A stretch of 64,000 nt of DNA. Origin: Candidatus Methylomirabilis sp. Its GTDB lineage: Bacteria > Methylomirabilota > Methylomirabilia > Methylomirabilales > 2-02-FULL-66-22. The stretch lies in NCBI GenBank assembly GCA_035455275.1, contig DATIFO010000045.1, forward strand, positions 2,421 through 66,420, read 5' to 3'. The first letter of the stretch is position 1. Each line of letters opens with the position of its first letter. Under the pieces are notes generated by a model. The model did not search any database and was not told where the DNA came from. It saw only the letters and a list, made by a program, of their open reading frames with translations. This document shows, in pieces, positions 39,281 to 48,610 of the stretch. A program made the position numbers and the translations under genes.

Positions 39281-40240
39281 ATGCCGACCTACACCCTGGA
39301 TTTCGAGCGGCCGATCCTGGAGCTGCAGGCCAAGATCCAGGAGCTGCGGCAAGTCGCCCAGGCGGGTCAGGTGGACTTCTCCAGCGAGATCGCGAGACTG
39401 GAGAGAAAGGTCGCGCGGCTGCAGGAAGAGGTCTTTGCGAACCTCACGGCCTGGCAGCGCACCCAGATCGCACGGCATCCTCAGCGCCCATACGCCGCGG
39501 ATTACATCCGGTTGATCCTGACGGATTTCATGGAGCTGCACGGGGACCGAGGCTTTTCCGATGATCGCGCCATCGTCGGGGGCTTTGCCCGGCTGGAGGG
39601 CATGCCGCTGGTCGTGATCGGGCAGCAGAAGGGACGGGACACCAAGGAGAAGATCGCCCGGAACTTCGCCATGGCCAACCCGGAGGGGTATCGCAAGGCC
39701 CTCCGGCTGATGCGGCTGGCGGAGAAGTTCGGGAAGCCAGTCCTCGCGCTGGTGGACACACCGGGGGCGTATCCCGGGATCGGCGCGGAGGAGCGGGGCC
39801 AGGCCGAGGCCATCGCCCGGAACCTCCGCGAGATGGCGGAGCTGGCGGTTCCCATGGTCGTCGCGGTGGTGGGGGAAGGCGGCTCGGGCGGCGCGCTGGG
39901 CATCGCCGTCGGGGACGTCGTCCTGATGCTGGAGTACGCCATCTACTCGGTGATCTCTCCCGAGGGCTGCGCCTCGATCCTCTGGCGGGATCCAGGCAAG
40001 GCGCCGGACGCCGCCGCCGCCATGGGGATCACCCCCAACTCGCTCCTGCGGCTCGGAGTGATCGACGAGATCGTGCCCGAGTCGATCGGGGGTGCCCACC
40101 GGAACCAACAGGAGACGGCGGCCAACCTGAAGGAGGCCCTGCTGAAGGCCTTCGCGCGGGTGCGGCGGGTTCCGCTGGAGGAGTTGCTGGAGCAGCGGTA
40201 TCAGAAGTTTCGCCGGATGGGAGTCTTCGAGGAGGGGTAG
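39281..40240 (+). CDS. accA: acetyl-CoA carboxylase carboxyltransferase alpha subunit
   Basis: Internal ATG after [25 protein letters not shown]..., with DTPGAYPG and [10 protein letters not shown] motifs. Confidence 0.93.
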   Translation: MPTYTLDFERPILELQAKIQELRQVAQAGQVDFSSEIARLERKVARLQEEVFANLTAWQRTQIARHPQRPYAADYIRLILTDFMELHGDRGFSDDRAIVGGFARLEGMPLVVIGQQKGRDTKEKIARNFAMANPEGYRKALRLMRLAEKFGKPVLALVDTPGAYPGIGAEERGQAEAIARNLREMAELAVPMVVAVVGEGGSGGALGIAVGDVVLMLEYAIYSVISPEGCASILWRDPGKAPDAAAAMGITPNSLLRLGVIDEIVPESIGGAHRNQQETAANLKEALLKAFARVRRVPLEELLEQRYQKFRRMGVFEEG

Positions 40241-40325
40241 CCGCCCATCCGCGGCAGTCTCGGGGCGCCCGGCAGAACGTCGCGGCGCCGTTTTTGTGGC
40301 GGCGTGGTACTGCGACGGAGGGCCC

Positions 40326-40598
40326 ATGCTCTTCATGCTGATCGAGCGCTTCAAGAACCGGGATGCGCTGGCGGTGTACCGCCGCTTCCGGGAGAAGGGG
40401 CGCATGGCCCCCGAGGGGCTCACCTACGTGGGGAGCTGGATCGAGGCGAACTTCGACCGCTGCTTCCAGCTCATGGAATGCGATGACGCGCGCCTGCTCC
40501 AGCAGTGGATGCTCCAGTGGCAGGACCTGGTCGAGTTCGAGATCGTTCCCGTCGTCCCGTCCAAGGAAACCGTGGAAACCATCACGCCCATGCTGTGA
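40326..40598 (+). CDS. DUF3303-like small protein
   Basis: SD GGAGGG. MLFMLIERFKNRDALAVYRRFREKGR resembles the DUF3303 family from memory. Confidence 0.65.
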   Translation: MLFMLIERFKNRDALAVYRRFREKGRMAPEGLTYVGSWIEANFDRCFQLMECDDARLLQQWMLQWQDLVEFEIVPVVPSKETVETITPML

Positions 40599-40631
40599 GC
40601 CGCATGCGGCCACCAGGGGAGCCGACGGCAC

Positions 40632-41675
40632 ATGCCCACCCTTCGCCCGGAACCACTCGAGACGCTCGCCCGAGACATCTTCCAGGCTATCACGGTGCCG
40701 CTCGCGGGGGCGGCGTGGATGGCCCAGCTACTCGTCCGCGCCAACTTGCGCGGCCATGACTCCCACGGGGTGATCCGCGTCCCCCAGTATGTCGCCTCCT
40801 GGAAGAAAGGCGAGGCGAATCCCACGGCCGACCCGGTGGTGATCCAGGAGGGACCGGCCACGGCGTTGATCGACGGCAAGCGGGGGTTCGGACAGATCGT
40901 CGCCCGGCGGGGAATGGAGGTGGCGATGGAGAAGGCGGCGGCCATCGGTATCTCCGCCGTCGGGGTCTTCAACAGCAACCACATCGGCCGGCTCGCCGAC
41001 TACACCGAGATGGCGAGCGAGCGAAACATGCTGGCCCTGCTGGCCGTCAACGCCGGGGGGGCGGGCCAGCGGATGGCCCCCTGGGGTGGCCGGGCAGCGC
41101 GCCTCAGCACGAACCCCATCGCCTTCGCCTGCCCCACGGGACGGGACGTCCCCATCAGCTTCGACGTGGCCACGACCGTGGCCGCGGAGGGAAAGGTCCG
41201 GGTGAAGCGGAACCGGAAGGAGCCGATTCCATCCGGCTGGTGCTTGGATGCGCAAGGCAACCCCACGACCGACCCCAACGCCATCTATGGGAATCCGCCG
41301 GGGACGATCCTGCCGATGGGCGGCCACAAGGGCTACTCGCTGGCGCTCATGATCGAGATCCTGGCTGGCATCGTGGGTCGCGGAGGGTATTCCCGGGAGA
41401 ACCCGGGTCCCATCCTGAACGGGATGTTCATGGTCGTCGTGGACCTGCAGCGCTTCGTGGAGCCCGGAACTTTCCGGAGGGAGGTGGACGACCTGATCCG
41501 CTACCTGAAGACGAGCCCGACGGTGCCAGGTGTGGACCAGATCCTCGCCCCCGGGGAGCCCGAGGCGATCACCGAGGCGAAGCGGCGTGCGGCCGGCATC
41601 TTCGTCGAGGAGCAGACCTGGGGACAGATCGCGGAGGTCGCACGGGAATTCGGGCTGGCGCTCCCCACGGCTTGA
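40632..41675 (+). CDS. Ldh2-family (malate/L-lactate/sulfolactate) dehydrogenase
   Basis: 347 aa with RGHDSHGV, NHIGRL and GGHKGYSLALMIE motifs. Confidence 0.85.
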   Translation: MPTLRPEPLETLARDIFQAITVPLAGAAWMAQLLVRANLRGHDSHGVIRVPQYVASWKKGEANPTADPVVIQEGPATALIDGKRGFGQIVARRGMEVAMEKAAAIGISAVGVFNSNHIGRLADYTEMASERNMLALLAVNAGGAGQRMAPWGGRAARLSTNPIAFACPTGRDVPISFDVATTVAAEGKVRVKRNRKEPIPSGWCLDAQGNPTTDPNAIYGNPPGTILPMGGHKGYSLALMIEILAGIVGRGGYSRENPGPILNGMFMVVVDLQRFVEPGTFRREVDDLIRYLKTSPTVPGVDQILAPGEPEAITEAKRRAAGIFVEEQTWGQIAEVAREFGLALPTA

Positions 41676-41722
41676 GACGACTGCCGGGCATCCCCGGTGT
41701 CTGAAACAGGATCGGAGGGGCG

Positions 41723-42226
41723 GTGAAGATCCGAGGCCGGTCTCGCTGGGTGCCGCCCGCCTTGCTCGCCGCCTGGCTGCTGGGCGGGGCGGGCTGTGCG
41801 TCCCTCCCTCCGGAGACGGCGAAGCTTCCACTGGGAGTCCAGGTCGAGAACCCCGGCCACATGCGGGTGGCCGTGGTGCGAGCGACCAGGCGGCCGCTCA
41901 CGGCCGCCGAGCTGCGGCCGTTCGAGCATGGGGGCTTCCGCTGGGACTACAGCGTGGAGTTCACGGACACCGCCGGGACGGGGGTTCAGTTCATGGTGGT
42001 GGAGGCGACCGTACGGAGCCTCACCGGTATCTCGGCGACGACCGTGACACAGTTGGCCAGCCGCGTGGAGCCCCTGGGGACGACTCCGATCCAGATCCAC
42101 GCGATCCTCTCCAGCTCCAACCCCGACGAGCCGGGGAACGTGAGCGGGGTCCAGGAGCTCACCTTCCTCGGCGTGGACGATCGTGGCGAGTCCGTGCGAG
42201 TCATCGTCCGCGTCCCCCTGGAGTGA
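41723..42226 (+). CDS. hypothetical lipoprotein
   Basis: GTG start and lipobox LLGGAGC. I recognise no family. Confidence 0.6.
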   Translation: MKIRGRSRWVPPALLAAWLLGGAGCASLPPETAKLPLGVQVENPGHMRVAVVRATRRPLTAAELRPFEHGGFRWDYSVEFTDTAGTGVQFMVVEATVRSLTGISATTVTQLASRVEPLGTTPIQIHAILSSSNPDEPGNVSGVQELTFLGVDDRGESVRVIVRVPLE

Positions 42227-42324
42227 GCGGCTCATCACGACACGTAGGCCCACAGCACCAGTCCGACTGCCCCAGACCTTGAAGACGGAAGTCCTTTCGC
42301 GCCTGGCTTGAGGATGAGGCGGGC

Positions 42325-43725
42325 TCAGCGGGCGGTGTCGCGTCCCGTGGTCCTGGCGAGCTCGGGCATCTCGGTGGAGAAGAGGCGGAGCTTCCGGTAG
42401 AGGGTGCGCTCGGAGAGGCCGAGCGTCCTGGCAGCCGCCGAGCGGTTCCCCCGGCAGTGGGAGAGCGTGCGCAGGATGGCCTCCCGCTCCAGGTCCGCCA
42501 AGGTCATGCCTATCGGCAGGCGGAGGCCCTCCTTGGGGGAGATGGCGCGAATGGAGGGAGGCAGTTCGGCCGCCGTGATGATCGGCCCCTTGGCCAGCAC
42601 CACGGCCCGCTCGATGCAGTTCTCCAGCTCCCGCACGTTGCCCGGCCACCGGTAATCCATGAGGAGGGCCATGGCCTCTTCGCTGAGGCGCTCGACGGGT
42701 TTGCGCAGCTTCTTGACAAATCGATCCAGGAAGTGGGTGACCAGGAGGGGGATGTCCTCCGCCCGGTCCGCCAGGTCCGGCAGCGACAGGGTGATCACGT
42801 TCAGGCGGTAGTACAGGTCCTCCCGGAATGTCCCCTCCGCCACGGCCTGCATGAGGTCCCGGTTGGTCGCCGCGATGAACCGGACGTTCACCTTTGCCGT
42901 CTGGGTCGATCCCACCGGCTTGACCTCGCCCTCCTGGATCGTCCGCAGGAGCTTCACCTGCATGGGCGGAGGCATGTTCGAGATCTCGTCCAGGAACAGG
43001 GTCCCTCCGTCCGCCTCCTGGAACACCCCAGTCTTGTGGCTCAGGGCACCGGTGAAGGCCCCCTTGACGTGGCCGAACAGCTCACTCTCCAGCAGGGTCT
43101 CGGTGAGCCCCCCGCAGTTCAGGGCGACGAAGCGGCGCTCGCGCCGCGGGCTCTGGGAATGAATGGCCCGCGCCACCAGCTCCTTGCCGGTCCCGCTCTT
43201 CCCGTGCACCAGCACGTTGCTCTCGGTGCTCGTCAGGCTCTCCAGGAGCTGGAAGACCTCCTGCATGCGCGGGCTCTTCCCGATGAGATCCTGGTAGGTG
43301 TAGCGCCGGTCCAGCTCCCGTCGCAAGGCCTCGTTTTCCTGGCGCAGGCGGATCTCCTCCACGGCCTTGCGGGTCAGGTGCAAGAGCCGCTCGGAGGTGA
43401 GGGGCTTGGTGATGTAGCCGAAGGCGCCTCGCTTGATGGCCTCCACGGCGGAGTCGATCGTCCCGTAGGCGGTGACGAAGATGACCCCGGGGGGATTCGG
43501 CAGGGTCCGGATGCTCTCCAGCAGGGCCAGGCCATCCATGCCGGGCAGGACGTAGTCCGTGAACACGAGGTCGACGGGCTCCCGCTTCAGACAGATCAGG
43601 GCGGCATCCCCGCTTTCGGCCGGGATCACGGTGAAGCCGTCGGCCTCCAGGATCTCCTTGAAGAGGAGCCGGGATTCGACATCCTGGTCTACAACCAAGA
43701 GGCGGGCGTGTCTTCCCATGCACAA
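42325..43725 (-). CDS. sigma-54-dependent response regulator (NtrC family)
   Basis: Receiver domain (LLVVDQD...FTDYVLPGMDG), AAA+ Walker A GKSGTGKE, GAFTGA loop and a C-terminal Fis-type HTH. Confidence 0.9.
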   Translation of the reverse strand: MCMGRHARLLVVDQDVESRLLFKEILEADGFTVIPAESGDAALICLKREPVDLVFTDYVLPGMDGLALLESIRTLPNPPGVIFVTAYGTIDSAVEAIKRGAFGYITKPLTSERLLHLTRKAVEEIRLRQENEALRRELDRRYTYQDLIGKSPRMQEVFQLLESLTSTESNVLVHGKSGTGKELVARAIHSQSPRRERRFVALNCGGLTETLLESELFGHVKGAFTGALSHKTGVFQEADGGTLFLDEISNMPPPMQVKLLRTIQEGEVKPVGSTQTAKVNVRFIAATNRDLMQAVAEGTFREDLYYRLNVITLSLPDLADRAEDIPLLVTHFLDRFVKKLRKPVERLSEEAMALLMDYRWPGNVRELENCIERAVVLAKGPIITAAELPPSIRAISPKEGLRLPIGMTLADLEREAILRTLSHCRGNRSAAARTLGLSERTLYRKLRLFSTEMPELARTTGRDTAR

Positions 43726-43730
43726 ACCTC

Positions 43731-44093
43731 TCAGGTCGCGTGCTGCCGGAGGATCTCCGCAAGCTCCGCGGTGAAGGCCGAGCGGGCGACGACCCGGTCG
43801 CAGCCGGCCTCCGTGGCGGCCGCCCGGAGCTCTCGCTGCACGTGGGAGAAGAACCCCAGGGTCGGAATGGCCCGCAAGTCCGGGTCTGCCTTCAGCTGGC
43901 GAATCGCGGCCAGGGGCTCACAGCCCGTGGCGTTCAGGTCGAAGATCACCAGGGCCGGGTGGCTGGCCCGGGCCAGCCCCATCAATTCCCCCGGCGACCG
44001 GACCAGGCTGAGCGGCAGACACAGGCGCTGCGCCGTCTCCTGGATCTTCGCCCCGAAGAACAGGTCGTCCACGGCGGCGATCACGCCGGCCAT
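43731..44093 (-). CDS. single-domain receiver-like protein (atypical)
   Basis: 120 aa with AAVDDLFF and VIFDLN acidic-pocket positions. The conserved Lys context is not obvious. Confidence 0.6.
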   Translation of the reverse strand: MAGVIAAVDDLFFGAKIQETAQRLCLPLSLVRSPGELMGLARASHPALVIFDLNATGCEPLAAIRQLKADPDLRAIPTLGFFSHVQRELRAAATEAGCDRVVARSAFTAELAEILRQHAT

Positions 44094-44126
44094 GAGCCCT
44101 CCCTGCGATTCGAAGACCTCCCGCCC

Positions 44127-45341
44127 TCAGCTCAGAATCCTGGACACCTTGGGCGCCCGGAGCCTCTGGGCGGACTGCAGCCCGGATCCGAGCAAGGGCC
44201 GGACGTAGTAGCGGAAGGCGTCGGTCACGTTGTTCCCCGCCTCGTTGATGAAGTGGTCCGGCATGTGTCGAGTCTTGCCCGCGACCTCCGGCAGGGGGGT
44301 GAGCCGGTAGTCCACGGAGTACTCGCCCGTCCGCTGGATGGTGATGGAGCCGTCCAGGTTGTGCCAGATGGCGAACTGGGCCGCCTTCTCGCCGACCTCC
44401 CGGGCCTCGTGCTGATCCACATCCGAGACGCACCCGAAGAAGGATCGCTGCAGGTACCCGAAGGTATCGGCCCGGACCCGCTTGATGCTGAGGTTTCCCT
44501 TGACGTACTCGGCGAGCAGATCCCCCAGCGCCCCCGTCCCCGAGAGCTGGATGTTTCCGTGGGCGTCCCGCTCTTTCGTCTCCAGGGACTTCGTCAGGAT
44601 GGGCGTCCCCTTCTCATCCTGGATCCCCTCCGACACGGCGACGACGCAGCGCCCGTGCGAGTCGTAGGCCGCCTTCACGTCCCCCAGGAACCGCTCGAGG
44701 CTGAAGGGGCGTTCCGGGAGGTAGATCAGGTGCGGTCCGTCGTCGGGGTACTTCCGCGCGATGGAGGCCGCGGCCGTGAGGAAGCCCGCGTGCCGTCCCA
44801 TCACCACGGCGATGTACACCCCGGGCAGGGCGCGGTTGTCCAGGTTCGCGCCGATGAAGGCCTGCGCCACGAACCGCGCCGCAGAGCCGTAGCCGGGCGT
44901 GTGGTCGTTCACCACGAGATCGTTGTCGATGGTCTTGGGGATGTGAATGGCGCGGAACTCGTAGCCGGCCTGCTCGGCCTGCTGGTTCACGATATGGACC
45001 GTGTCCGCGGAGTCGTTCCCCCCGATGTAGAAGAAGTACCGCACGTCATGCGCCTTCAGCACCCGGAAGATCTCGTGGCAGTACTTCTCATCCGGCTTGT
45101 CCCTGGTGGAGAGCAGCGCCGAGGAGGGGGTGATGGCGACCTGCTCGAGATTGTGCGTCGTCTCCTGGGTGAGGTCGAGGAAATCCTCGTGGATGATCCC
45201 TCGCACCCCCTGCACGGCCCCGTACACGCTGGTGACCTGGGGGAACTTCCGCGACTCCAGGACCACCCCGACGAGCGACTGGTTGATGACGGCGGTCGGG
45301 CCGCCGCCTTGGGCCACCACGACCTTTCCCACGAGTGCCAT
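44127..45341 (-). CDS. pfp: pyrophosphate-dependent phosphofructokinase-type enzyme
   Basis: Internal ATG after GAGGAGGAAGG. IGGNDS (Asp at the position that is Gly in ATP-PFKs) and PKTIDNDL (Lys) follow the PPi-PFK signature. Confidence 0.8.
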   Translation of the reverse strand: MALVGKVVVAQGGGPTAVINQSLVGVVLESRKFPQVTSVYGAVQGVRGIIHEDFLDLTQETTHNLEQVAITPSSALLSTRDKPDEKYCHEIFRVLKAHDVRYFFYIGGNDSADTVHIVNQQAEQAGYEFRAIHIPKTIDNDLVVNDHTPGYGSAARFVAQAFIGANLDNRALPGVYIAVVMGRHAGFLTAAASIARKYPDDGPHLIYLPERPFSLERFLGDVKAAYDSHGRCVVAVSEGIQDEKGTPILTKSLETKERDAHGNIQLSGTGALGDLLAEYVKGNLSIKRVRADTFGYLQRSFFGCVSDVDQHEAREVGEKAAQFAIWHNLDGSITIQRTGEYSVDYRLTPLPEVAGKTRHMPDHFINEAGNNVTDAFRYYVRPLLGSGLQSAQRLRAPKVSRILS

Positions 45342-45689
45342 GCCTTCCTCCTCGCGTGCGCTCTGCGACCGACGCTGAATGAACGGGAACGACGCGAACC
45401 TCCCGGGAACCCAGGGAGCGCTGCCGCCGGGACGCCGGGCCTCCGGTGGCGAGCGCACCGCCCCGCCGGGCCATGGACTCACGGATTCACGAACCCACGT
45501 CCCGACGCGCTCCTTTGTATCACACCGCCCGAAGGTCCGTAAAGACCAAAGCCGGGAATGTGCGGGTGGCGTGCGTTATGCGCCGGAAGGCTGCCGCAAT
45601 CCGCCCGGGGGCCCGGCGGAGCCTCCCGGACGGAATTCCGGCGGCGCGGGCCTGAGGATGCCGGGGTGGAAGGAGGTGACGGGCGGGGG

Positions 45690-46499
45690 CTATTCGTCCT
45701 GGCGGGAGCCGACCCCGGCTTGAGCGTGATCGGTCGAGACCTTGGTGCAGCAGAGCAGCACGTACCAATGGTTCAGCCACCACTCGCCGCCCACCTCCCG
45801 CAGATTCATGGTCTCCTGCTGGGCGGGGGTGAGGCGGCCGAGCACGGCCTGGATGCCGCGCACATTCTCGGGAGAGACGTCTGCGGTCAGCGCCGTGAGC
45901 GGGCGATGCCGGGTGTAGCACTCGACCGTCTCCACGGCAAACCCACAGCCTTCCAGGACGTGTCGCCATTCGCCGGGGCGGTACTCGCGCACGTGGGAGG
46001 CGTCGTGATAGCGATCCAGGTGGTTCATGCAGGCATCCGCGAAGTCGTCCTCCGGGACGCTCCGATCGTCGATGACGAGACGGCCCCCCACGCGGAGCAC
46101 CCGGTGCATCTCGCTCACGGCCCGCTGGATGTGGGAGAAATGGTGCGCCGCCCGCCGGCACGTGACCAGGTGGAACGTCTCCGCGGGAAACGGCAGGTGG
46201 TGGACGTCCGCCAGCCCGTAGCTCACGTTGGAGATCCCCCGCGCCGCCCGGAGCTGCGCCGATTCCGCCAGCATTTCCGGCGTGAGATCGATGCCGATGA
46301 CTGCGCGGACATGGGGGGCCAGCGCCAGGGCGGTGTGTCCCGTCCCGGTCGCGATGTCCAGGGCCACCCAATCCGGTTGCGGCACGGCCAGCGCGACCAC
46401 CCGGGCCAGGATCTGCGGGTCGGCGTGCGCGGGGCTGGTCGTGTAGCGGGCCGCCCGTTGCCCGAAGATGCTGCGCGCCCGGTCTTCGATGCTGGCCAT
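45690..46499 (-). CDS. class I SAM-dependent methyltransferase
   Basis: Internal ATG after GGTGGAGGGG. Motif I LDIATGTGHTALAL. The listed ORF extends to 46802. Confidence 0.85.
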   Translation of the reverse strand: MASIEDRARSIFGQRAARYTTSPAHADPQILARVVALAVPQPDWVALDIATGTGHTALALAPHVRAVIGIDLTPEMLAESAQLRAARGISNVSYGLADVHHLPFPAETFHLVTCRRAAHHFSHIQRAVSEMHRVLRVGGRLVIDDRSVPEDDFADACMNHLDRYHDASHVREYRPGEWRHVLEGCGFAVETVECYTRHRPLTALTADVSPENVRGIQAVLGRLTPAQQETMNLREVGGEWWLNHWYVLLCCTKVSTDHAQAGVGSRQDE

Positions 46500-46805
46500 G
46501 CTGGCGCTCACCCCTCCACCATCCGTATGCCTGAGGCCGGGCCGGCCGGATTCCCCAAGCCTGCTCGTCTCCCGGCCAGTCGCTGCCCGCGGGAGGGATT
46601 CTAGCAGCCTCGTCGCCATGGCGCCAGACGGAGTGTCGCACGGGGTGCAGGCTACACTTTTCAAGCTTAGCAGGATATCCTCAAGCGCCGGTTGCTCCCG
46701 CTTGGCTCGGCGGCACTGGAGAGGATCCCGGACAAGACGTGGCGTGGTGGCGAAAGGGCGTTTTCGGCCGGATTGACCTGTCCGCTCACAGAGGAGGATC
46801 ATCCC

Positions 46806-47828
46806 ATGAGACCAGCCAGCCGCGTGCTACCCCTTGCCCTGCTCAGCCTCACGTTGCTTGTGGCGCCTGCAGGCGCCTGGATCCGAAGTCCTGCGACGAC
46901 CTTCGCGACCTTGCCGGCCGGGAGCATCAACCCGGAGGGCATCACCGTCGACGCGAAGGGGAACGTGTACGTGACCACGTTTGCGCCGAGCCAGACCCCT
47001 CCGGGCCATCTGGTCGTCTTCGATCACAGCGGGCACCTGCTGCGACAGGTCGAGGTGGATGGTTCGAGCAACCTGCTCCTCGGCCTGGCCTTTCATCCCA
47101 AGACCGGTGCCCTGCTGGTCCTCGACCTCGGCGGGGCGCAGGTCCTCAAGGTCAATCCGGTCACGGGCGCCTCGACGATCTTCGCGACGATCCCGGGGGG
47201 CGCCGCGGCCGGGCCAAACGCCCTCACCTTTGACGGCGCAGGAAACGTGTACGTCTCCGACTCCTTCCAGGGGATCATCTGGCGCATCGGCCCGAATGGC
47301 GGGACCCCCGTCGCCTGGGTGACCAGCCCGCTGCTCACCACAGCCGGGTTTCCGCCCTTCGGCGCCAACGGCCTGGGGTTCAACAAGGCCAGGACCGCCC
47401 TCTTCGTGACCAACACCGGCAACGACACGGTGGTGAAGATCCCCGTGAGCAACGGCACGGCCGGAGATCCGGTGGTCTTCGTGAACAGCATCAACGGGGC
47501 GGATGGGCTGATCCTCGACCATGAGGACAACCTCTGGGTGGCGGCCAACCAGGCGGACGAGATCGTTGTGGTGAATCCCTCGGGTCGGGTCATCGCCAAG
47601 CTGGGGGACTTCGACGGGATCGACCCGCATGGATCGCCCAACGGACTCCTGTTCCCCGCCAGCCTGGTCTTCAGCGGGGAATTCCTCTACGTGACCAACC
47701 TGTCTCTGGACCTGCGCCTCTTCGGCCTGCCCCAGGCCGTGGATTCCCAGTGGGCGGCGCAGGTGACCAGGCACACCGTGGCCAAGATCCGGGCCAGGAT
47801 CCCCCCGGTTCCCGGTCTGCGGCGGTAA
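46806..47828 (+). CDS. secreted SMP-30/gluconolactonase/NHL-type beta-propeller protein
   Basis: SD GAGGAGG, a signal peptide and repeated GNVYV.D / NGL.F blades. Confidence 0.75.
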   Translation: MRPASRVLPLALLSLTLLVAPAGAWIRSPATTFATLPAGSINPEGITVDAKGNVYVTTFAPSQTPPGHLVVFDHSGHLLRQVEVDGSSNLLLGLAFHPKTGALLVLDLGGAQVLKVNPVTGASTIFATIPGGAAAGPNALTFDGAGNVYVSDSFQGIIWRIGPNGGTPVAWVTSPLLTTAGFPPFGANGLGFNKARTALFVTNTGNDTVVKIPVSNGTAGDPVVFVNSINGADGLILDHEDNLWVAANQADEIVVVNPSGRVIAKLGDFDGIDPHGSPNGLLFPASLVFSGEFLYVTNLSLDLRLFGLPQAVDSQWAAQVTRHTVAKIRARIPPVPGLRR

Positions 47829-47883
47829 ATCCACGAAGTCGATCGAGGCACACGGATCGCCTCACGAAAGTCTGCGGGTAGCC

Positions 47884-47918
47884 CACGAGCGCCGAGTCCC
47901 CCGGCGCTCGTGTTGTTT
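47884..47918 (+). terminator. rho-independent terminator
   Basis: CACGAGCGCCG agtcccc CGGCGCTCGTG TTGTTT: a perfect 11-bp stem with a U-rich tail. Confidence 0.7.
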
Positions 47919-48114
47919 GCGCGGCTGGCGCTGACGCCCCCATCGAAGAGGGTGGCGTGCAGGGGCAAATCCCCGGGCGGAGCAAAACCCGGCGTTGCGG
48001 TTCGCTCGGCCGCCATGATTCCGGGCAGGGAGACACGATCCGACTCAGCCTGATGTGCAGCTTTTCCGGAGATTTGTGCGGATGGTGGCCCTGGAGTCGG
48101 TGCTCGGAGTCGCA

Positions 48115-48130
48115 TGGCATCGCCTTTGCT
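48115..48130 (+). promoter_or_regulatory. near-consensus sigma-54 promoter
   Basis: TGGCAT-CGCCT-TTGCT against consensus TGGCAC-N5-TTGCW. GG and GC are at exact spacing. It lies about 75 nt upstream of the 48204 ATG. Confidence 0.55.
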
Positions 48131-48203
48131 TTCAAGTCGTGGTGAGCGGTTGTGTGAAGGCGCAAAGCTGAATGAACCTCAATGGGGCAAGGAGGGGTGG
48201 GCG

Positions 48204-48401
48204 ATGGAACAGGTCGTATGTCATTTCCTGGATTCCGACACAGACGGGAAACCCGCTGTATACGAGGAGGACTACCTCCGCTACCCGATCCGCGAAGGCG
48301 TGGTCTGCCACGCCAAGGTCTACAACTCCGTGCGCCCGTGCCGTTGTCCGGAGCGGGAATCCTTCGAGAAGCGGTTTGTCGCGTCCATAGGGTCCCGATA
48401 G
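48204..48401 (+). CDS. small Cys/His-rich hypothetical protein (65 aa)
   Basis: SD GGAGGGG. Sequence is MEQVVCHFLDSDTDGKPAVYEEDYLRYPIREGVVCHAKVYNSVRPCRCPERESFEKRFVASIGSR. GC3 is about 75% by hand count. Confidence 0.5.
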   Translation: MEQVVCHFLDSDTDGKPAVYEEDYLRYPIREGVVCHAKVYNSVRPCRCPERESFEKRFVASIGSR

Positions 48402-48519
48402 CCTCCCTTCGGACTCCCCGGGTGGATCCGCTCGAACTCCTCGCAGTCCCAAGCCAGGCGAGGAGCGCCCACCGCCATGGAACGTCGCCTGGTTCGCCCA
48501 GTCAAGCCCCACGTTGGCG

Positions 48520-48549
48520 TTGACACCCTTTCGCGCCGGGCAGTATACT
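48520..48549 (+). promoter_or_regulatory. near-consensus sigma-70 promoter for glpX
   Basis: TTGACA-18 nt-TATACT, about 60 nt upstream of the GTG start. Confidence 0.45.
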
Positions 48550-48610
48550 GCGACGCGCTGTTTTCTGCCCGACCCGACAAGACCTTTCGACGGACTGGCG
48601 GAGGGAAGCC

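Noticed and set aside
40264-40295. GGCGCC-14 nt-GGCGCC followed by GTTTTTG after accA could have been an intrinsic terminator.
   Set aside because: The stem is only 6 bp with a large loop. That is too weak to call without folding energies.
45470-45560. GGATTCACGAACC resembles the complement of a tRNA T-arm in the pfp upstream spacer.
   Set aside because: It has two extra nucleotides relative to GGATTCGAACC, and no cloverleaf can be drawn from the flanks.
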